A stretch of 22,708 nt of DNA, from positions 1 to 22,708 of the forward strand of contig NW_021836774.1 in assembly GCF_006345805.1 (NCBI RefSeq), in the 5' to 3' direction. The position numbers and the translations under genes are program-made. Source of the DNA: Octopus sinensis. Its lineage: Eukaryota. Below, piece after piece: positions 19,508-22,708 of the stretch; position 1 is the stretch's first letter; each line of letters starts with the position of its first letter. The notes under the pieces were generated by a model that made no database searches, had not been told where the DNA came from, and was given only the letters and a program-made list of their open reading frames with translations.

Positions 19508-19822
19508 TATATATCAGACAAAAGTGCTATGGCAAGTTACTTGTCATAATGCTTTCTTTGATGATTACTATATAGACTCACTGTTATGTCATAGTATATT
19601 TAAAAGCATTACCCGCTAAATCTGTCCACCAGGGGTCACATTTTCATTAGGTTTCAGTATATCATGAATATTCCCTTTAATCATATCACCATGTACCACA
19701 ATCTCCCCTATATATGCTAACAGTCTCCTTAATCCATTAAGCCATCTGTCATAGCAATACAGAACTTAGCACAGTTTTTGACTCTTACGTTTGGTGCACT
19801 GTCGCACCTTAATAAATAATGC

Positions 19823-20005
19823 GTTTGTATGTTTGTATGTATGTATGTATGTATGTATGTATGTATGTATGTATGTATGTATGTATGTATGTATGTATGT
19901 ATGTATGTATGTATGCATGCATGTATGTATGTATATACGTGTATATTTATATATATATGTATATTTATATATATGTATGTATATGTATGCAATATGTATA
20001 TAAAT
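19823..20005. repeat. (GTAT)n plus TA-rich microsatellite
   Basis: Direct reading. Confidence 0.95.
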
Positions 20006-20134
20006 GTTTGATTTTATAAGATGTTACATATAAAAACCGTTTAACATTATTAACCTGAAGGATTAGTCAATATCTTTTAGTAGAGCTGGGTACATGTTTA
20101 TTAAACTTTTATTAAGACGACGTTGACAGTGACT

Positions 20135-20394
20135 CTGAAGTTTTCATACATACATACATACATACATACATACATGCATACATACATACATGCATACATA
20201 CAGACATACATACATACATACATACATACATACATACACACATATATACATACATACATACATACATACATACATACATACATACATACATACATACATA
20301 CATACATACATACATACATACATACATACATACATACATACATACATACATACATACATACATACATACACACATATATACATGCATACATACG
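20135..20394. repeat. (CATA)n microsatellite
   Basis: Direct reading. Confidence 0.95.
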
Positions 20395-20396
20395 TA

Positions 20397-20583
20397 AGAG
20401 AGGGTGCTGAAAAGTTTCTGGCTTTGGGTAAAAGAAAATACAGGAGGATCATTTAATTATGATTTTATCCAACATATTCCTCTGTCAGGTTCACATACGT
20501 TTTGGAAAGAACTCGGACGGTTGGGCCCCCAGCCAGGCCTTTCGCAACAGCCTTGAAACCAAGGACTTTTCAGCAACCTCTCT
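20397..20583 (+). mobile_element. mariner-type MITE with both TIRs
   Basis: TA then AGAGAGGGTGCTGAAAAGTTTCTGGCTTT. The right end AAACCAAGGACTTTTCAGCAACCTCT is an imperfect inverted copy. Shorter internally than the 19372-19507 copy. Confidence 0.85.
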
Positions 20584-20633
20584 TCCCCCCTCTCTCTCTC
20601 TCTCTCTTACACAAACACACACACATACACACA

Positions 20634-20664
<31 letters not shown>

Positions 20665-20670
20665 CATACG
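20584..20670. repeat. (CT)n/(CA)n microsatellite
   Basis: Direct reading. Confidence 0.9.
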
Positions 20671-21024
20671 CACAGTGAATGTTTGTAAGACATTTCAAAG
20701 ATTCTCCATCTGAGATTCTTATGTGAATAGATGCACACACTTGTGCATATGCATCGACAGTTCAACCAGCACACCAACTCAACACACTTACAAACACCTA
20801 CATTCTTTCAAAACACACAACTTCAAAAAGCAAGCAATCGGCTCAAAAACCTCTCAAGAAGAGCTTAAATAAGACTCAAAGCAAAACATACCTACAAGGT
20901 GGGACAGAGAGGACGAATGTTTTTGAAATGACTATTACTTAGCCCCAGTAGGAGGGACATATGCCCGACAGATACCATTCGGTCCGTGGTGTCTTATCAT
21001 TTGTTTTTCTCTTCAGGTGAAACC

Positions 21025-22331
21025 ATGGCACTGTGGACGATAGAGCCTCACGTGTGTACCTACGACAGTGATGTGAAGACAGTTACGAGTCTGTCACAAC
21101 AGTTCAGCGTGCGTTTTGGCGCCAATTCAACATTCTTTGAAATCAGGTTGTTCCCACCCGTAACACAATCTTACGTTGGCTGAATGTACTTCGTACACGA
21201 GATACACTAATGAATAGGAGACTGGTGGGTCACCACGAACGGTAGGGAAATGTGGAACATGTCAGACAAGCTTTGATACGGAGTCCGAATCGCTCTACTT
21301 GGAGGCATTCCACTGAACTTGAGATACACTAATGAATAGGAGACTGGTGGGTCACCACGAACGGTAGGGAAATGTGGAACATGTCAGACAAGCTTTGATA
21401 CGGAGTCCGAATCGCTCTACTTGGAGGCATTCCACTGAACTTGAGATACACTAATGAATAGGAGACTGGGGGGTCACCACGAACGGTAGGGAAATGTGGA
21501 ACATGTCAGACAAGCTTTGATACGGAGTACGAATCGCTCTACTTGGAGGCATTTCACTGAACTTGGCATCGGTAATCGATCAGTAAGGCGTATTTTGCAT
21601 GAAGACCTGCATTTCCACTTGTACAAATTAGTCATTGGACAACAGTTGAAACCATGGGACTATGCACAACGGCTTAACTTCACACGTCAGATGGAAGCAA
21701 TTTTTAGGCAAATGACAACCACATTTTGTTAATGAGCGTTGAAGCTCATTTTCATCTCAATGGCATGGTGAATAAACAGAACTACTGTTATTTGGCTCCT
21801 GAAAATCCGAGAGAACTGCACCATAGATCACTGCACAGCCCAAAAGTGACGGTCTGGTGTGCTGTTGGAAAAGCTGCCATCATTGGACCTTACTTTTTTG
21901 AAGACAATAATGGAAATGCTGTTACTGTGAACTCTGAGCATTACATCGAGATGATAAACAACTACTTTGTTCCTGAATTACTACGAAAACGTATGCTTAT
22001 TCGACGTGTGTAGTTTCAGCAGGAGGGGCCGACGGCTCACACAACCAGAGCATCAATAGACTTTCCTCGTCCTCTCTTTGGTGACTGCCACATTTTCAGG
22101 TTTGCTGACATTCCTTGGCCCCCTCGGTCCCCTGATTTGTCCATGTGTGATTATTTCTTGTGGGGGAAGCCTCAAAGCACGAGTGTTTGCACATAAGCCC
22201 TATACATTGGGCGATTTGAAGAAAGCTATACACGTGGAAGTCGCCCAAATCGACAGTGGAGGCCAACTTTCAAGAACGCCTTCAGAAATGAAAATGCATA
22301 CCACATGATGGATGTTGTTTTCCACACTTGA
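21025..22331 (+). pseudogene. DD41D transposase pseudogene
   Basis: ATG at 21025; MSVEAHFHLNGMVNKQN (first Asp mutated to Val), KVTVWCAV, IIGPYFF, FQQEG (second Asp mutated to Glu), WPPRSPDLSMCDYFLWG. I count 41 codons between catalytic positions 2 and 3. Stops and frameshifts are present. Confidence 0.93.
21199..21564. repeat. Tandem triplication of a 122-bp transposase segment
   Basis: Units start at 21199, 21321 and 21443. Units 1 and 2 are identical; unit 3 differs at 3 positions. Confidence 0.97.
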
Positions 22332-22449
22332 TTTTGACAAATGTTAATTCAATACAAACACATCGATTCAATAAAATTTATTTGCAGCTAAAATTAACGA
22401 TTTTCTGAATTTTTGAAAAACGTCCGACCTCCTTGCCCCACCCTGTACA

Positions 22450-22557
22450 CATACTATATTATACGGAGACACATATATACTGAAATGCAATATATTTACT
22501 GTCTGTCTGACTGGCTCTCTCTCTCTCTCTCTCGCTATATATAATATATCTATATAT

Positions 22558-22590
<33 letters not shown>
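22450..22590. repeat. Compound TA/CT microsatellite
   Basis: Direct reading. Confidence 0.9.
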
Positions 22591-22591
<1 letters not shown>

Positions 22592-22708
22592 AGTAGGTGA
22601 CCCTTTATTCCTTCGGAATTAAGAATATGCAGTCTTCGAAACATGTGTTGAAAGTAAAGGAATTTTGTTAAAATCTTCGTTCGACACCATTCTTTCATTT
22701 ATTCATTA

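Larger units (their letters stand above)
20895..22445 (+). mobile_element. Decayed DD41D (rosa/Visitor-type) Tc1/mariner transposon
   Basis: TA flanks at 20893-20894 and 22446-22447. TIRs CAAGGTGGGACAGAGAGGACGAATGTTTTTGAAA vs CAGGGTGGGGCAAGGAGGTCGGACGTTTTTCAAA. Length is 1551 bp, or 1307 bp after removing two extra 122-bp units. Confidence 0.95.

Noticed and set aside
19372-20583. Composite transposon bounded by two MITE copies
   Set aside because: The two inner TIRs face away from the intervening DNA and the left copy lacks its outer TIR, so the segment is not enclosed by a usable pair at both ends.
21199-21564. CRISPR-like array
   Set aside because: Head-to-tail units with no spacers, inside a eukaryotic transposase. 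The same applies to the 20-bp repeat at 2483-2531.
22591-22708. Possible start of another dispersed repeat after the TA tract
   Set aside because: Cut by the window edge; no TIR, TSD or second copy visible.

Overview
Eukaryotic (animal) genomic DNA, AT-rich and dominated by repeats. No intact protein-coding gene is supported. The SINE and MITE content resembles octopus (coleoid cephalopod) repeats as I recall them; this is an inference, not a database result. The window holds three decayed Tc1/mariner elements: a full-length DD34D mariner (701-1991), an internally deleted mariner (5902-6468) and a DD41D element with a 3x122-bp internal amplification (20895-22445). It also holds several hAT-type MITEs, a TTAA-flanked piggyBac-like element, two mariner-type MITE copies, a 524-bp fold-back element, four tRNA-derived SINE families, a Penelope-like GIY-YIG remnant and large triplet, dinucleotide and tetranucleotide microsatellite fields. 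These fields generate nearly all of the long ORFs in the track. The best leads are a tRNA-headed SINE whose 3' part folds as a Penelope-type minimal hammerhead ribozyme (4339-4384), a nested transposon stack (4710-6567), long inverted repeats able to form dsRNA (18835-20583), and a weak candidate three-exon minus-strand gene (16583-18710).
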